In this document: positions 32,660 to 43,284 of the stretch, in pieces
Layout: each line of letters starts with the position of its first letter
Position numbering within the stretch: position 1 is the stretch's first letter
Source: Dehalococcoidia bacterium
GTDB lineage: Bacteria; Chloroflexota; Dehalococcoidia; DSTF01; WHTK01
NCBI GenBank assembly: GCA_009377745.1
Contig: WHTK01000011.1
Coordinates: 18,527 to 82,526 of the forward strand
Length of the DNA stretch: 64,000 bases
Direction of reading: 5' to 3'
Notes under the pieces: model-generated
What the model saw: only the letters and a program-made list of their open reading frames with translations
Database searches by the model: none
What the model was told of the DNA's origin: nothing
Program-made: the position numbers and the translations under genes

Positions 32660-33748
32660 TTAGTGGGAACTATGGCATTTGCGAATGCATGCGCACGGGT
32701 TCATGGCCGCGACGAGCATGAAGTTCGCCGGGAAGGTGACGCTGCCCTGGGCGCGGCTGATCGTCACGAGGTGGTCCTCGAGCGGCTGACGCAGCACTTC
32801 CAGCGTTTGCTGTCCGAACTCGGGCAGCTCATCCAGAAAGAGTACGCCCCGATGCGACAGGCTGATCTCTCCCGGCCGCGGCTGCCTTCCACCCCCGACC
32901 AGGCCCGCCTGTGAGATCGTGTGATGTGGCGCCCGGAAGGGCCGCTGGCGGATCAGGGGTGTATCGCGCGGCAGCAGCCCGGCGACGCTGTAGATACGCG
33001 TCACCGTCAGCGCCTCTTCGGGAGTCAGGGATGGCAGCACCGAGGGCAGCGCCCGGGCCAGTAGCGTCTTGCCCGCTCCGGCCGGCCCGACCATCAGCAG
33101 GTTGTGACCGCCCGCCGCCGCGACTTCCAGCGCCCGCTTGACGTGCTCCTGGCCCCGCACCTCGGCGAAGTCAGTGCCCTCATAGGCGAGCGGCGCCTCA
33201 CTTAATGGCTGGCCCTGGCGCACGTAGGGCGCAATCGGCTCTTCGCCGCTGAGGTGCTTGATCAGGGCCGCAAACGACTCGACCGGGTAGACTTCGACGC
33301 CCTCGACCAGCGCCGCCTCGGCCGCGTCCGAGGCGGGGACGAAGACCTCGCGCAGGCCGCGGTCGCGCGCCAGGCTGACCATCGGCAGCACGCCGTGGGT
33401 GGGCCGCAGCCGTCCGTCCAGCGATAGCTCACCCAGGAATAGCGACTGGCTGGTGTCCGCGATCACCTGCTCCGAAGCGATGACGACGCCAACCGCGATC
33501 GGCAGGTCGAAGCTCGGGCCCTCTTTCTTGATGTCGGCGGGCGCCAGGGCGACGGTGATGCGCTTGGTAGGGAAGAAGCAGCCGGAGTTGCGGACGGCGG
33601 AGCGCACGCGCTCCTTGGCCTCCGAGACGGCCGCGTCCGGCAGGCCGACCACGTTCACGGCCGGCAACCCCGGCAGCAGGTCGACCTCGACCTCGATCAG
33701 CTCACCCTCGAGCCCAACCACCGCCGCCGAGTAGACTTTCGCAAGCAT
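32660..33748 (-). pseudogene. comM: ComM/YifB Mg-chelatase-like AAA+ ATPase, 3'-truncated by insertion
   Basis: [35 protein letters not shown] and LFLDELPEF. Ends AAMNPC|[10 protein letters not shown] instead of NPCPCG plus the usual C-terminal region. Confidence 0.93.
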
Positions 33749-34120
33749 GTTCGCATCGGATTATAGGGCGTCGCGGGCGGGATGCAAGAGCAATCGATGT
33801 CTGGGGCAAGACCGCAGGCTACCCGATGGAGTGCGTCAAGGTGAAGAAAGGGCCAGCCTGGCGCTCCTGATGAGGCCGCCCGCTCTGTACTGAGTGCGCA
33901 TTGTACGAGGCAGCCCTGATCCGTCACTGTCGATTGAAGACTTCGACCGACCTGCGATTCAGGTAGGGCATGACTTGGAGGCTCACGCCTTCACGGGCAC
34001 GCGCTTTTCACGGGTTTTGGTATTGCCTTCTGACTTTAGGCGACCTAGCATTGGGGCAAATTCCGCGCATAGACCTGCAGGGTAACGCATTCATTGCGGA
34101 TTTCGGAAGGGAGACTCGAA

Positions 34121-35953
34121 GTGACGGCGAATTTGCAGTCGTGGCTTGCGAGCTACACGAGAAGAACTATCAGCCGGAGAAGATTCCTGGGCACTACGGC
34201 TGCCGGGGCGGGTGCCGCGGCGCTGATCGCTTGCGGCGGCAGCGATGGCGGCGACGGCGGCGGCGTGACCTTCAGCACCAGCGACGCCCGCAAGCCCGGC
34301 TCTGTCTGGCTGGGGGCCAACGACTGGAAACTGCCGGACGAGACGAAAGACGCCGTCCGTGGCGGCATCTACCGTAATTACATAGAGGAGGACGAACAGC
34401 AGAGCTACGACGCTCTAATCCTGGCGCCCTCGCAGTCGGCTTTCTCGGGCCACGTCCACGAGTACCTCATGGCCAAGAACCGCGGACCCGGCATCGACCC
34501 TTCAACACCCGAAGCGGACGTCCCGGTCCCGGCCCTTGCCCAGAGCTTTGAGGTGTCCAATGACGGTACGACCGTCACCTTTACCCTGCGCCCGAACGTC
34601 AAGTTCCACCCGGTCGCGCCGGTCAACAGCCGCGTCATGGACATGGACGACTGGAAGACGACCTTGGAGCGCTTCCTGGCCACCAGCGCCCAGCGCGAGC
34701 CGCTGACGTCGGTCCTGGACAAGGCCGAGTACCCGGACGCCACCCACATGGTCTGGCGGCTCAAATTCCCTTACAAGCCACTCCTCACCCGCATCCACAA
34801 CGAGCGGTTTGCCTTCCAGGTGATCCCGAAAGAGATCAACATGGACAGCTCGTTGCACGGCACGGTGGCCGCGGGCACCGGCTACAAGATCCTCGACAAG
34901 CACCAGCCGTCGGTCACGATGGAGTACCGGAAGCACGCGGAGTACTGGGGCGGCGACCCCTTCATCGACCGCTGGCACTACCCGGTCATCCCCGAGTACG
35001 CGAACCGTTACTCGCAGTTCGTGACGGGCAACATGGTTGAGTTTGCACCGAGTGCGCGCGACATCCTCACGCTGATGCGGGACGCCCCCGGCGCCGTGGT
35101 GGTTGCCAACGCGCTGGTGAACGACGAGTTGGCGCGCGTCATCTTCGGCCGCATTAACGCCACAACTCAGCCCTGGAAGGACCCTCGTGTCCGCATCGCC
35201 ATCCGGCGCGCGGGCAACTTCCGCGGCATCGGCGAGTTTCGCGCCAACAAGCAGCAATTCGAAGCCGCCGGCGTCCCCGTCGAGGTGGTGTCCCGGACTC
35301 ACGCGACGTACGGGCTTACCTACTTCCTTGACCCTGAGAAGGGTGAGCTCGGCGATCTGTCGGCGAACTATCTTCACGACATCGCCGAAGCCAAGAAGCT
35401 GACGGCCGCTGCCGGTTTCCCGGACGCGATTGAAATCGGCTTCAGGACCTACCCCGTCGCCGGTGAGGTGCCGGAACAGGATGCCCTGATCAGCGACAGC
35501 CTGAACCAGTCAGGCGTATTCAAGGTAAACGTCGAGAACTCCACCAACACCGTGGAGCACCGCAACTGCCGCTCGCTGCGCCAGTGCGACGGCCTCGTTA
35601 CGTCTGACACCAACCAGGACATGGACTACGCGATGCGCGAGTACCACAGCGAGGGGCCGAGGCCTGGCGGTGAGCCGGCATACAGCGACCCGGAGCTCGA
35701 CCGCATCGCCGACGCGTACCGGCGTGAGCTGGACCCGCAGAAGAGCATCGCGATCCTGCACGAACACCAGAAGGCCGCGGCGCGGTTTTTCCCCACGGTG
35801 CCAAGGGAGCACGAGTACACCATCTTCCAGATCCGCTGGCCCTGGCTGCACAATACCAACCACGGTTACAACGGGGTTGCGTTGGATGGCCGACCGATTA
35901 TCGGCGGGCACAAGCAGTGGCTGGACGCCGATATGCCGAGGCGCAACGGCTAG
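34121..35953 (+). CDS. ABC family-5 solute-binding lipoprotein (Tat)
   Basis: SRRRFL...LIAC, KFHPVAPVNSR and DPRVRIAI. Confidence 0.9.
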   Translation: MTANLQSWLASYTRRTISRRRFLGTTAAGAGAAALIACGGSDGGDGGGVTFSTSDARKPGSVWLGANDWKLPDETKDAVRGGIYRNYIEEDEQQSYDALILAPSQSAFSGHVHEYLMAKNRGPGIDPSTPEADVPVPALAQSFEVSNDGTTVTFTLRPNVKFHPVAPVNSRVMDMDDWKTTLERFLATSAQREPLTSVLDKAEYPDATHMVWRLKFPYKPLLTRIHNERFAFQVIPKEINMDSSLHGTVAAGTGYKILDKHQPSVTMEYRKHAEYWGGDPFIDRWHYPVIPEYANRYSQFVTGNMVEFAPSARDILTLMRDAPGAVVVANALVNDELARVIFGRINATTQPWKDPRVRIAIRRAGNFRGIGEFRANKQQFEAAGVPVEVVSRTHATYGLTYFLDPEKGELGDLSANYLHDIAEAKKLTAAAGFPDAIEIGFRTYPVAGEVPEQDALISDSLNQSGVFKVNVENSTNTVEHRNCRSLRQCDGLVTSDTNQDMDYAMREYHSEGPRPGGEPAYSDPELDRIADAYRRELDPQKSIAILHEHQKAAARFFPTVPREHEYTIFQIRWPWLHNTNHGYNGVALDGRPIIGGHKQWLDADMPRRNG

Positions 35954-36252
35954 TCACTCATCCTTGATCAAAGGGCGTCGGGGCCCTCTCTTTTGGCGCC
36001 GCCACTTCGGCCTTAGTCCCTACGAATTGGCGCTGGTTTCCATTGAGCGATTGCCTAGCCACGCCCGAACAGGACGACGGAATTAGCGACCACGCGGGCG
36101 TTGGTGGTGGACCCTTGGCTGTCCGACCGAAGGAACGCCTCAGGCTAGCCAACACCTAATTCATTGCTTTGCGCCAGCCGTTGGCAGTCGCTTCTGGCTC
36201 GGTACAGAACCAGCGTGCACCTGCGGCAGCAGGTGCACAACGACACGCAATC

Positions 36253-37173
36253 CTAGATCACCTCGTCCTCTAGATACTCGACGCCGAACTCGTTTAGGAA
36301 GGTGCCGGCGGGCAGGAAGAGGCCGCCGCTGAGGTCTCGCATCGCTTCCGCAACCGAGTCCGATGGCTCCATGAAGGCCAGCATCGAGGCGTCGCGGCGG
36401 TCGGAGAGGGCGATGAGGCCGGTCGCCGGGATGTACTCGATTTCGAGCAGACGTCGCGATGTCCGTTTTAGCTCCGTCGCCGTGAAGACCGGCGAGACGC
36501 TGATCACGCGGTTCAGCGGCATGTCCACTCCCTCCGCCGCCAGGGTCTCCTGCGCCAGCGCGATCATTGCGACCAGCGCCCGCCTCCAGGCCGAGCGAGT
36601 GCGCTCCGCCGGACGGATGATCGCCTCGACCCGCTCAGCCAGGCCCCAGGTCACGGCGTAGTTGGCCTCGACGTGCTGTCTAACCGCGGTCGCGTCATAG
36701 GGCGAGCTGACAATGTGCTCCGCCACGACAGCCGCGTTCTGAAAGCGGACGGTCGGGCTTTCCGATTCCGGCTGGTCCCAGGCGAGGATATTGGCCTCCA
36801 TCCGCCTCCAGTATTCCTGCCGCTGGAAGCCGCGCTTCGTCATCTCCGCGTGCACGTAGGGATGGCTGACTCTGATCTCGATCAGGTCTCGCAGCACCGG
36901 GAAGCCGCCCGTGGCGCTCTCCGGTAGCCCTAGATAGGGACAACCCATCCGATAGAAGAGGTCGTGCAGCAGCTCGTGGTAGATGACCTCATCGTCGGCG
37001 CCCGGCCTCAAGTGGACATAAGAAACACCGTCGAGGCCGCGCGCATGGGCGCCATCGGTCGCCAGCTCCGGGTTCTCGACGAACTCGATCCGGCTACCGG
37101 GCCAGCGCGAGATGATCTCCTCGTGAAGCGACTCAATCTCAGCCGAAGCCGGTCTGCCTAAGATCTCCACCAC
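36253..37173 (-). CDS. Hypothetical protein with HExxH (zincin-like) motif
   Basis: RBS GGAGG and VIYHELLHDL. Confidence 0.65.
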   Translation of the reverse strand: MVEILGRPASAEIESLHEEIISRWPGSRIEFVENPELATDGAHARGLDGVSYVHLRPGADDEVIYHELLHDLFYRMGCPYLGLPESATGGFPVLRDLIEIRVSHPYVHAEMTKRGFQRQEYWRRMEANILAWDQPESESPTVRFQNAAVVAEHIVSSPYDATAVRQHVEANYAVTWGLAERVEAIIRPAERTRSAWRRALVAMIALAQETLAAEGVDMPLNRVISVSPVFTATELKRTSRRLLEIEYIPATGLIALSDRRDASMLAFMEPSDSVAEAMRDLSGGLFLPAGTFLNEFGVEYLEDEVI

Positions 37174-37294
37174 GTCGCCTCCGCCTATGAATATCGCAAT
37201 TGCAGCGGATTATAGGCGTTCGCGCGGCGCGGCGGCATAGTTCGCTGTCCGAATGGCAGGGCGCTATTCGACATAACGAATACGTCGAGTGACC

Positions 37295-38113
37295 TCAGGC
37301 CTGCGCCACCGCGATCCAGAGCAGGAAGATCACCATGACCGCGGCCTGCGCGTGCATGACCAGCCACTTCTGGCCGATGCGCGCCAGCAGCCGCTCCCAG
37401 GCCGGATTGCCGTGCAGAGTCAGCAGCGCTGTCTGGTAGGCGTAGGCCGCTCCGGCGACGAAAAAGGCAACGACGGCGAAGTGTAGCGGCTGATCCTCGC
37501 TGGGCCAGAGGTCGCCCCAGACCTCCTCAGCCAGCCAGCGATAGGCCAGCGCCAGGCTGAAGCCGACCGGCACCAGCGCGAAACAGCCGATGGGGTTCGT
37601 CGTCGTGTGGCGGTAAACGTGCATGCTGAGCCGCAGCGAGCCCAGGATCATCGCCGAGAGCAGGACCCAGGTCAGAGTGCCGGCGAAGTCGGTGAAGTCG
37701 ATCGCCAGCAGCAGCAATCGCAGGCCCAGCCAGCTGATCGCGATGCCAATGTAGAAGGTCGCGTTCGCCATCATGTAGCTGAGGTGCTGGTCACTCAGGT
37801 ACTGGGTGGAGACCTCACCGCCGAGGTTGGGCGTCGTCGCGAACTGCATCGTCGAGGCGATCAACACCAGGAAGGCGAGGATGAACATCCCGACCGCGGC
37901 CTCCAATTCGACCGAGCCTCGCGTGACGTTGGCGATGAAGACCGCCGAGGCGACCGTGAAACCGGCGAGCGACCCGACGATGGTCGTATAGCTACCGGCG
38001 ACCCGCGGGATGTCCCAGAGAGGCATCGCCGGCGCCGGCCGTTGGCGCCATGACAGCGTCAGCGACACAGCCCCGCCGGCCACGAACAGCAGCAAAACTC
38101 CGGCGACCCACAT
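37295..38113 (-). CDS. Hypothetical multi-pass membrane protein
   Basis: About 8 hydrophobic segments. Confidence 0.75.
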   Translation of the reverse strand: MWVAGVLLLFVAGGAVSLTLSWRQRPAPAMPLWDIPRVAGSYTTIVGSLAGFTVASAVFIANVTRGSVELEAAVGMFILAFLVLIASTMQFATTPNLGGEVSTQYLSDQHLSYMMANATFYIGIAISWLGLRLLLLAIDFTDFAGTLTWVLLSAMILGSLRLSMHVYRHTTTNPIGCFALVPVGFSLALAYRWLAEEVWGDLWPSEDQPLHFAVVAFFVAGAAYAYQTALLTLHGNPAWERLLARIGQKWLVMHAQAAVMVIFLLWIAVAQA

Positions 38114-38187
38114 CGTCCGTAATTATGCAGGCCGCTATCGTTAGCGTCTTGCGTTGGAGAGCCGGTGTGGTTACTCGCGAGGCCGCC

Positions 38188-39171
38188 TCAGCCTCGCGAC
38201 CTGCCTTTCGCCCGGGCAGCCAGATATTTGCCTGCCCGCGTCATCGCGAAAGCCGCGCGGACAGTGGCCCCGAAGAGCATCCCCGGCGCGAGCGTCGCCG
38301 GCGCCCCTACCGACCTTGCCACTGCCGCCATCGCTGCCAGTCCGCCTATCGACCCGATCAGTCCGGTAGCGATGAAGAGCCGCGGCTTCGTCACCAGCAT
38401 TACCGCCGCGGCTATCAGCCCCGCCGCGATCGCCAGGCAGTAGCCCAGGCGGTAGTAGCCCGGCCCGCGGCTCACGTCGATAGACCGCAGCGCGCGCTGG
38501 TGGAGCCAGACCTCTCGGCCCAGCCCGTGCGCCCCGTCGTAAAGATACGCGCCCGCCTCATAGCGGATCCGGAGTCCACGCCGCCGCGCCCGTGTTACGA
38601 AGCCGGCCGGGCTATGGATGTCCAGGCCGCTACCGGGGTCGAAGCCGCCGAGATCGAAGTAGACCGATCGCCGGCAAGCCATGGCGGCGATGTTGATCGC
38701 GATCTTGCGATCCATGCCTCGCTTGAGCGCGAGGTCGAGGTAGCGCAGTGAACGAGCCATGTAAGAGTCGTCCTCCAGCGGGAACTGAGGGAATCCCAGG
38801 ATGCCAGCATCATCCGTCTCGACCCGCTTGATCAGCCAAGACACGAAGCCGGGAGGCACAACGGCGTCCTCATCGAGGAGGAGCAGCCAGTCGCCAAGAG
38901 CTGCCTCGGCCCCGGCGGCGTAGCCTTCCAGAAAGCCCTCGACGCCCGTGTTGAGGCAGCGAAACGCCTCGCGCTGCTGCGCCGGCAGCCGTCTTCGGAC
39001 CTCAGACTCCTGGCCGGCGGGCAGCAAGCCGCCGACGATCACCTCAATCTCCGGGGCGGCGGCTTGAGGCAGCACCGATTCCAGGCAACGGGCGAGGTCG
39101 TCGACCCCGCCAATAGTCGAGATGAGGATGGATATCCGCGGCGGCGAGACGCTCTGCACGCTTAGCAGCAT
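38188..39171 (-). CDS. Glycosyltransferase family 2 with C-terminal TM helices
   Basis: ISILIST...LARCLESV, LLLDEDA and LGGFD. Confidence 0.85.
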   Translation of the reverse strand: MLLSVQSVSPPRISILISTIGGVDDLARCLESVLPQAAAPEIEVIVGGLLPAGQESEVRRRLPAQQREAFRCLNTGVEGFLEGYAAGAEAALGDWLLLLDEDAVVPPGFVSWLIKRVETDDAGILGFPQFPLEDDSYMARSLRYLDLALKRGMDRKIAINIAAMACRRSVYFDLGGFDPGSGLDIHSPAGFVTRARRRGLRIRYEAGAYLYDGAHGLGREVWLHQRALRSIDVSRGPGYYRLGYCLAIAAGLIAAAVMLVTKPRLFIATGLIGSIGGLAAMAAVARSVGAPATLAPGMLFGATVRAAFAMTRAGKYLAARAKGRSRG

Positions 39172-39180
39172 AAACCAGGG

Positions 39181-39528
39181 CTAGCGCGGGTCGATTGTCT
39201 GGTCGAGGTGAAGCCAGATGACCCGTGAAAAGCGCAGGAAGATCGGCACGCTGATCAGGGTCTGCAGCACCATCCAGGTCAGGGCCAGCGCCAGCGGCCA
39301 GTCGAGGATCAGGACCAGCGCCGTGGTCCCGGGCAGGATTGTGATTACGCCAAGGCCGTAGCTGATGTACATTGCGCCCAGGAAATAGCCGGTCTCGCGC
39401 AGGAAGCGCAGGCCACAGACCGGACACTCGTCATTCATCAAGCCGATGATCCCGGCGAGTCCCGGCTTGAAGATCTGCCCCTCACGGCAGCGCGGGCAAA
39501 GTCCCCGGATGATCGCCTCGATGCTCAC
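39181..39528 (-). CDS. DUF983 family membrane protein
   Basis: CPRCREGQIF...CPVCGLRF.RETGYFLGAMY plus 2 TM segments. Confidence 0.85.
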   Translation of the reverse strand: MSIEAIIRGLCPRCREGQIFKPGLAGIIGLMNDECPVCGLRFLRETGYFLGAMYISYGLGVITILPGTTALVLILDWPLALALTWMVLQTLISVPIFLRFSRVIWLHLDQTIDPR

Positions 39529-39628
39529 GCCGCTAGCATACGCGGGCGCTCGTCGCTGGTTGACGTCGCTCCGATCCATACGTAGCATCCGGGCAGTCTC
39601 GAATAGCCAAACGCCGGAGGTGAACACG

Positions 39629-40357
39629 ATGCCCGACCTCAACGAGCTGCGCCGCCAGGTGGCCCTTTCCTGCCGGATGCTGGGCCGCCTTAACCTCACG
39701 CGAGAGCCGGCCGGCCACGTCAGCGCCCGCATCCCGGAGGGCGATCTGGTCCTGATCAAGGGTCGCGGCCCGGACGAAGCGCCGCTCAGCTATACCCGGC
39801 CGGAAGACCTGATCGTCGTCGACATGGCCGGCAAGATGGTCGAAGGCCGCGACGGGCTCGCCGCGCCCAATGAGGTCTTCATCCACACCTGGCTCTATCG
39901 GCTGCGAGCCGACGTCAACTCCGTGATCCACGTCCATCCACCGACGATCGTCGCGTTCACCATCGCCGGCCGCGACCTGGTCCCCTGCGTCGGCGCCTAC
40001 AGCCCCGCCGCACTTAGCTTTGCCCTGGAAGAGGTGCCCACCTTCGATAGCGGCGTCCTGATCAACAGCGAGGAGCGCGGCGAGGCCCTGGCGAAGACCG
40101 TGGGCGAAGGCCGCGCCTGCCTGATGCGCGGCCACGGTATCGCCGCCGCCGGCTCGACCGTCGAAGAGGCGACACTGACGACGATCAACCTCAACGAGCT
40201 GGCCGAGATCAACTACAAGGCGGCGCTGCTCGGCGAAGTGCGACCCCTGCCCGACGCCGACCTGGCGGAGTTCCGCCGTAGCGGCCCCCGCAGGCCTGCC
40301 GGGCCGCGACCGCCCAGCTCGGAGTGGCGCTACTACGAGAAGCTGATCGAGGGCTAA
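39629..40357 (+). CDS. Class II aldolase/adducin family protein
   Basis: RBS GGAGG, GHVSAR, EVFIH, IHVHP and LMRGHG. Confidence 0.92.
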   Translation: MPDLNELRRQVALSCRMLGRLNLTREPAGHVSARIPEGDLVLIKGRGPDEAPLSYTRPEDLIVVDMAGKMVEGRDGLAAPNEVFIHTWLYRLRADVNSVIHVHPPTIVAFTIAGRDLVPCVGAYSPAALSFALEEVPTFDSGVLINSEERGEALAKTVGEGRACLMRGHGIAAAGSTVEEATLTTINLNELAEINYKAALLGEVRPLPDADLAEFRRSGPRRPAGPRPPSSEWRYYEKLIEG

Positions 40358-40417
40358 CCAGCCAGCACGGCTCAGGCGTATACTGGCGCCGGCTCTAGCA
40401 CGCCTGGGGGGAACAGG

Positions 40418-41692
40418 ATGCAGGAGACGGAAAAGCCCTATCGGGGACCGGCGTTCGCGGCCTCGCTGCGACACCGGACTTTTCGTGTCTTCTACGGCGG
40501 GCTAGTCCTCTCGAGCTTCGGCGGCAACTTTACTCAGATCGCGATCTCCTGGCAGATGTATGAGCTCACGGGCTCGGCGCTGCATCTCGGCCTGCTGGGC
40601 CTGTCGCGCGCCGCCTCCCTGATCCCCTTCCTGCTGGTCGGCGGCATGCTGGCGGACGCCGTCGACAGGCGCAAGCTCCTGATGTTCACCCAGGCAGGGC
40701 ATCTCGTGATCACGGCGGGGCTGCTTGTCCTGACGGCGTCCGAGCTGATCTCGCCCGGCATCTTCTACATAGCGGCGATTGTCGGCAGCGTCTTCACGGC
40801 GTTGGAAAACCCGGCGCGGCAGGCCATTGTCCCCAACCTGGTGCCGGAAGCCGACCTGACGAACGCGATCGCGCTCAACGCCTCGCAGCGCAGCGTCTCC
40901 TCGATAGCCGGCCCGCCGATCGCGGGTATCATCCTCGGCTTCCTCGGGCCGGTCGCCAACTACAGCGTCACGGTCTTCTCCTTCGCGGTGATGATCGTGA
41001 TCCTGGCGCTGATCCGGCCGCTGCGCGCTCAGGAGTCGCGCGGACGGCGCTCCGTCTCGCTGCAATCGCTGGCGCAGGGCTTCGCCCACGTCCGCGCCAA
41101 CCCGATCCTCTTCGTGATGATGCTGCTCGATTTCTGCCAGAACTTCCTCGGCGCCGCCCGCGCCCTGCTGCCGATTTACGCCAGCGACATCCTCAACGCC
41201 GGGCCGCAGGGCTTCGGGCTGCTCTCCGGCGCCTCGGCCGTCGGCTCGATCACGGGCGGCGTTGTCATGGGGACGCTGGGCCGCGTCCGCCGAGCCGGCA
41301 TCGGCGTCCTCATCGGCATCACGATCTTCGGTGTCTGCACGGTGCTCTTCGCTTACAACACCAGCTTCGTGCTGGCCTACGTGTTGATCTTCGGCGAGGG
41401 CTTCGGCGACACCGTGAGCCACGTCCTGCGCAGCACGATCCTCCAGCTCAACGTCCCGGACGAGCTGCGGGGCCGCGTGACTTCGCTAAACCAGGTGTTC
41501 GTGAATGGCGGCGGGCCACTGGGTTCATTCCGGGCCGGCGGGATGGCCGCCCTCTTCGGGCCGGAGCTGGCGGTGCTCAGCGGCGGCGTCATTGTCTTGA
41601 TGATCGTCGCCTTCGTGGCGACCTGCGTGCCGAGCGTGCGCCGCTACACGCTGGAGAGCGATAGGCCCGTGCCCGCCGGCCATCAAACATGA
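40418..41692 (+). CDS. MFS transporter (DHA3/EntS-like)
   Basis: GGMLADAVDRRK, ENPARQA and ELRGRV. Confidence 0.92.
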   Translation: MQETEKPYRGPAFAASLRHRTFRVFYGGLVLSSFGGNFTQIAISWQMYELTGSALHLGLLGLSRAASLIPFLLVGGMLADAVDRRKLLMFTQAGHLVITAGLLVLTASELISPGIFYIAAIVGSVFTALENPARQAIVPNLVPEADLTNAIALNASQRSVSSIAGPPIAGIILGFLGPVANYSVTVFSFAVMIVILALIRPLRAQESRGRRSVSLQSLAQGFAHVRANPILFVMMLLDFCQNFLGAARALLPIYASDILNAGPQGFGLLSGASAVGSITGGVVMGTLGRVRRAGIGVLIGITIFGVCTVLFAYNTSFVLAYVLIFGEGFGDTVSHVLRSTILQLNVPDELRGRVTSLNQVFVNGGGPLGSFRAGGMAALFGPELAVLSGGVIVLMIVAFVATCVPSVRRYTLESDRPVPAGHQT

Positions 41693-41693
41693 C

Positions 41694-41832
41694 GGCGAGG
41701 CTGGAAAGCCTCGCCTACAAAGTCACATACGTTTTTGCGTCTTGGGTTTGCGTGGCCAGGGTTGGAAGCCCGCCATGAAGTTACACCCGTTCGCGTCTGG
41801 ATTTGAGTAGCCGAGGCTGAAAGCCTCGGCTA
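41694..41832. repeat. REP-like palindrome cluster (3 units, ~57-bp period)
   Basis: GGCGAGGCTGGAAAGCCTCGCC, a degenerate middle unit, and TAGCCGAGGCTGAAAGCCTCGGCTA, between convergent genes. Confidence 0.75.
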
Positions 41833-41838
41833 GTCCGC

Positions 41839-43284
41839 TCAATCCCGCGCCACGCCATCGATGTCCGTGGCCGGCTGCTTGCCGAGTAGCCGCAGTACGG
41901 TCGGGAAGACGTCGGCCGTGCGGAAGTAGTCTGCCTGCAGGGGATGGCTGATGATCACCGGGACGTGCATCTGCGCCGGGATGATCGCGCCGTGGGTCGA
42001 GTGGTGCTCCGGTATCTCCCAGCGCGCCCGCAGGTCATAGCCCTGCCGGGCGCTAATCAGCAGGTCGCCGCAGCGCTCTGCCCGAAACAGCTGCGCCAGC
42101 TGCATGCAGGCGTCCGGCCGCGCCGACTCGAAGGTCATTTGCAGCACCTTCTCCGCGTCCAGCCCGGTGAAGCGGCCGCAGCTCAGCGGGTCCTGTCCCT
42201 CGAAGTCGTAGCTGCAGAGCCCGTCGCGCCAGGCGATCGTCGCGGAGCCCGCCTTAGTGCGCAGATTGACGCGTCCGTCCGCAGTCTGCCCCGCGACCAG
42301 GTCGATGCCCTCAATCGAGAGCAGCGCTTCCGGCGTCTGCCGCGCTTCGATCTCCTCCCAGGGCGTACGCTCGCGCCAACCGGCGCCGTTGCGGAAGTAG
42401 ACCTGGGTCATGCCGTTGCCGGAGACCATCTCGGCGCAGTGGGCGTCCTGCCGCCACAGGCGGGGGAAGTAGAGGGTTGGGAAGCCCAGCCCGTCCAGCG
42501 TCCTGGCCATATCGATGTGGGTGTGCGTGGCCGAGTGGCCGTGGTCGCTGCCGATGACCCACAGCGTCTCTTCGTCGCGCCCCAGCGATTTCAGCTCCCT
42601 TCGCGCCGCCGCGATTGCTCTGTCGATGGTCCGGTAGGACTCGATGACCTTTGGCGCCCGCGAGTCGCGCTCGTGCGAGTGGCCGTCGACGCCGTTGAAG
42701 GCGCAGGCGATCAGCTCCGGCCCCTGCCTAACCGCATCGACCAGCGCCCCGGCCGCGACCCTGTCCGCCAGCTGCCACCGGTGCAGGTAATGGCCGATGG
42801 CGTAGACGAAAGGCTTTATCCGCCGTGTCAGGTTGTCTTCCGGGTCACAGCCTTTGGTCAAGAGATTAAGGATGTTCTTGCTGGAGCCAAAGTAGTCGAA
42901 CCAGGTCGGCCGTTGCGGCAGGTCGAGGTCGAAGCCCAGCGCCTCGCGGCCGCTATAGCTCGCCAGGCCCGGCCGCGTCCACTTCGACCCCGCCTCGTCA
43001 TAGCCGGCGCGCGAGAGCCAGCGGTAGCCGGGTACGTTGGCGGTGCCGGGGAACAGGCCCATGAAGTAGGGGATGTAAGCCGGGCCCGTGGTGGAAGGGA
43101 AGCAGGTGACGGCCTTCTTGACGCCGCCGCCGAGCTCGGCCAGCGACGCGAGCGCCGGCAGGTCACCGGCCGCGATCAGCTCGCGCAGCACGTCGTAGGC
43201 CGCGCCATCGATCATGATGAAGATCAGCCGCCGGTACGGGCTCCCGGCCGTCGTAAGCCATGAGTCCGGCTCGGCAGCGCGCAT
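41839..43284 (-). CDS. Alkaline phosphatase superfamily (nucleotide pyrophosphatase/phosphodiesterase-like)
   Basis: IMIDGA, FPSTTGP, DGHSH, SDHGH and THG. Confidence 0.9.
   Translation of the reverse strand: MRAAEPDSWLTTAGSPYRRLIFIMIDGAAYDVLRELIAAGDLPALASLAELGGGVKKAVTCFPSTTGPAYIPYFMGLFPGTANVPGYRWLSRAGYDEAGSKWTRPGLASYSGREALGFDLDLPQRPTWFDYFGSSKNILNLLTKGCDPEDNLTRRIKPFVYAIGHYLHRWQLADRVAAGALVDAVRQGPELIACAFNGVDGHSHERDSRAPKVIESYRTIDRAIAAARRELKSLGRDEETLWVIGSDHGHSATHTHIDMARTLDGLGFPTLYFPRLWRQDAHCAEMVSGNGMTQVYFRNGAGWRERTPWEEIEARQTPEALLSIEGIDLVAGQTADGRVNLRTKAGSATIAWRDGLCSYDFEGQDPLSCGRFTGLDAEKVLQMTFESARPDACMQLAQLFRAERCGDLLISARQGYDLRARWEIPEHHSTHGAIIPAQMHVPVIISHPLQADYFRTADVFPTVLRLLGKQPATDIDGVARD

Larger units (their letters stand above)
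1..32692. mobile_element. Putative genomic island inserted in comM (left end outside window)
   Basis: comM truncation point, visibly more A/T-rich codon usage, and IS debris and pseudogenes concentrated on this side. No integrase in the window. Confidence 0.65.

Noticed and set aside
41694-41832. CRISPR mini-array
   Set aside because: Only three degenerate palindromes, the linkers resemble each other, and there are no cas genes.
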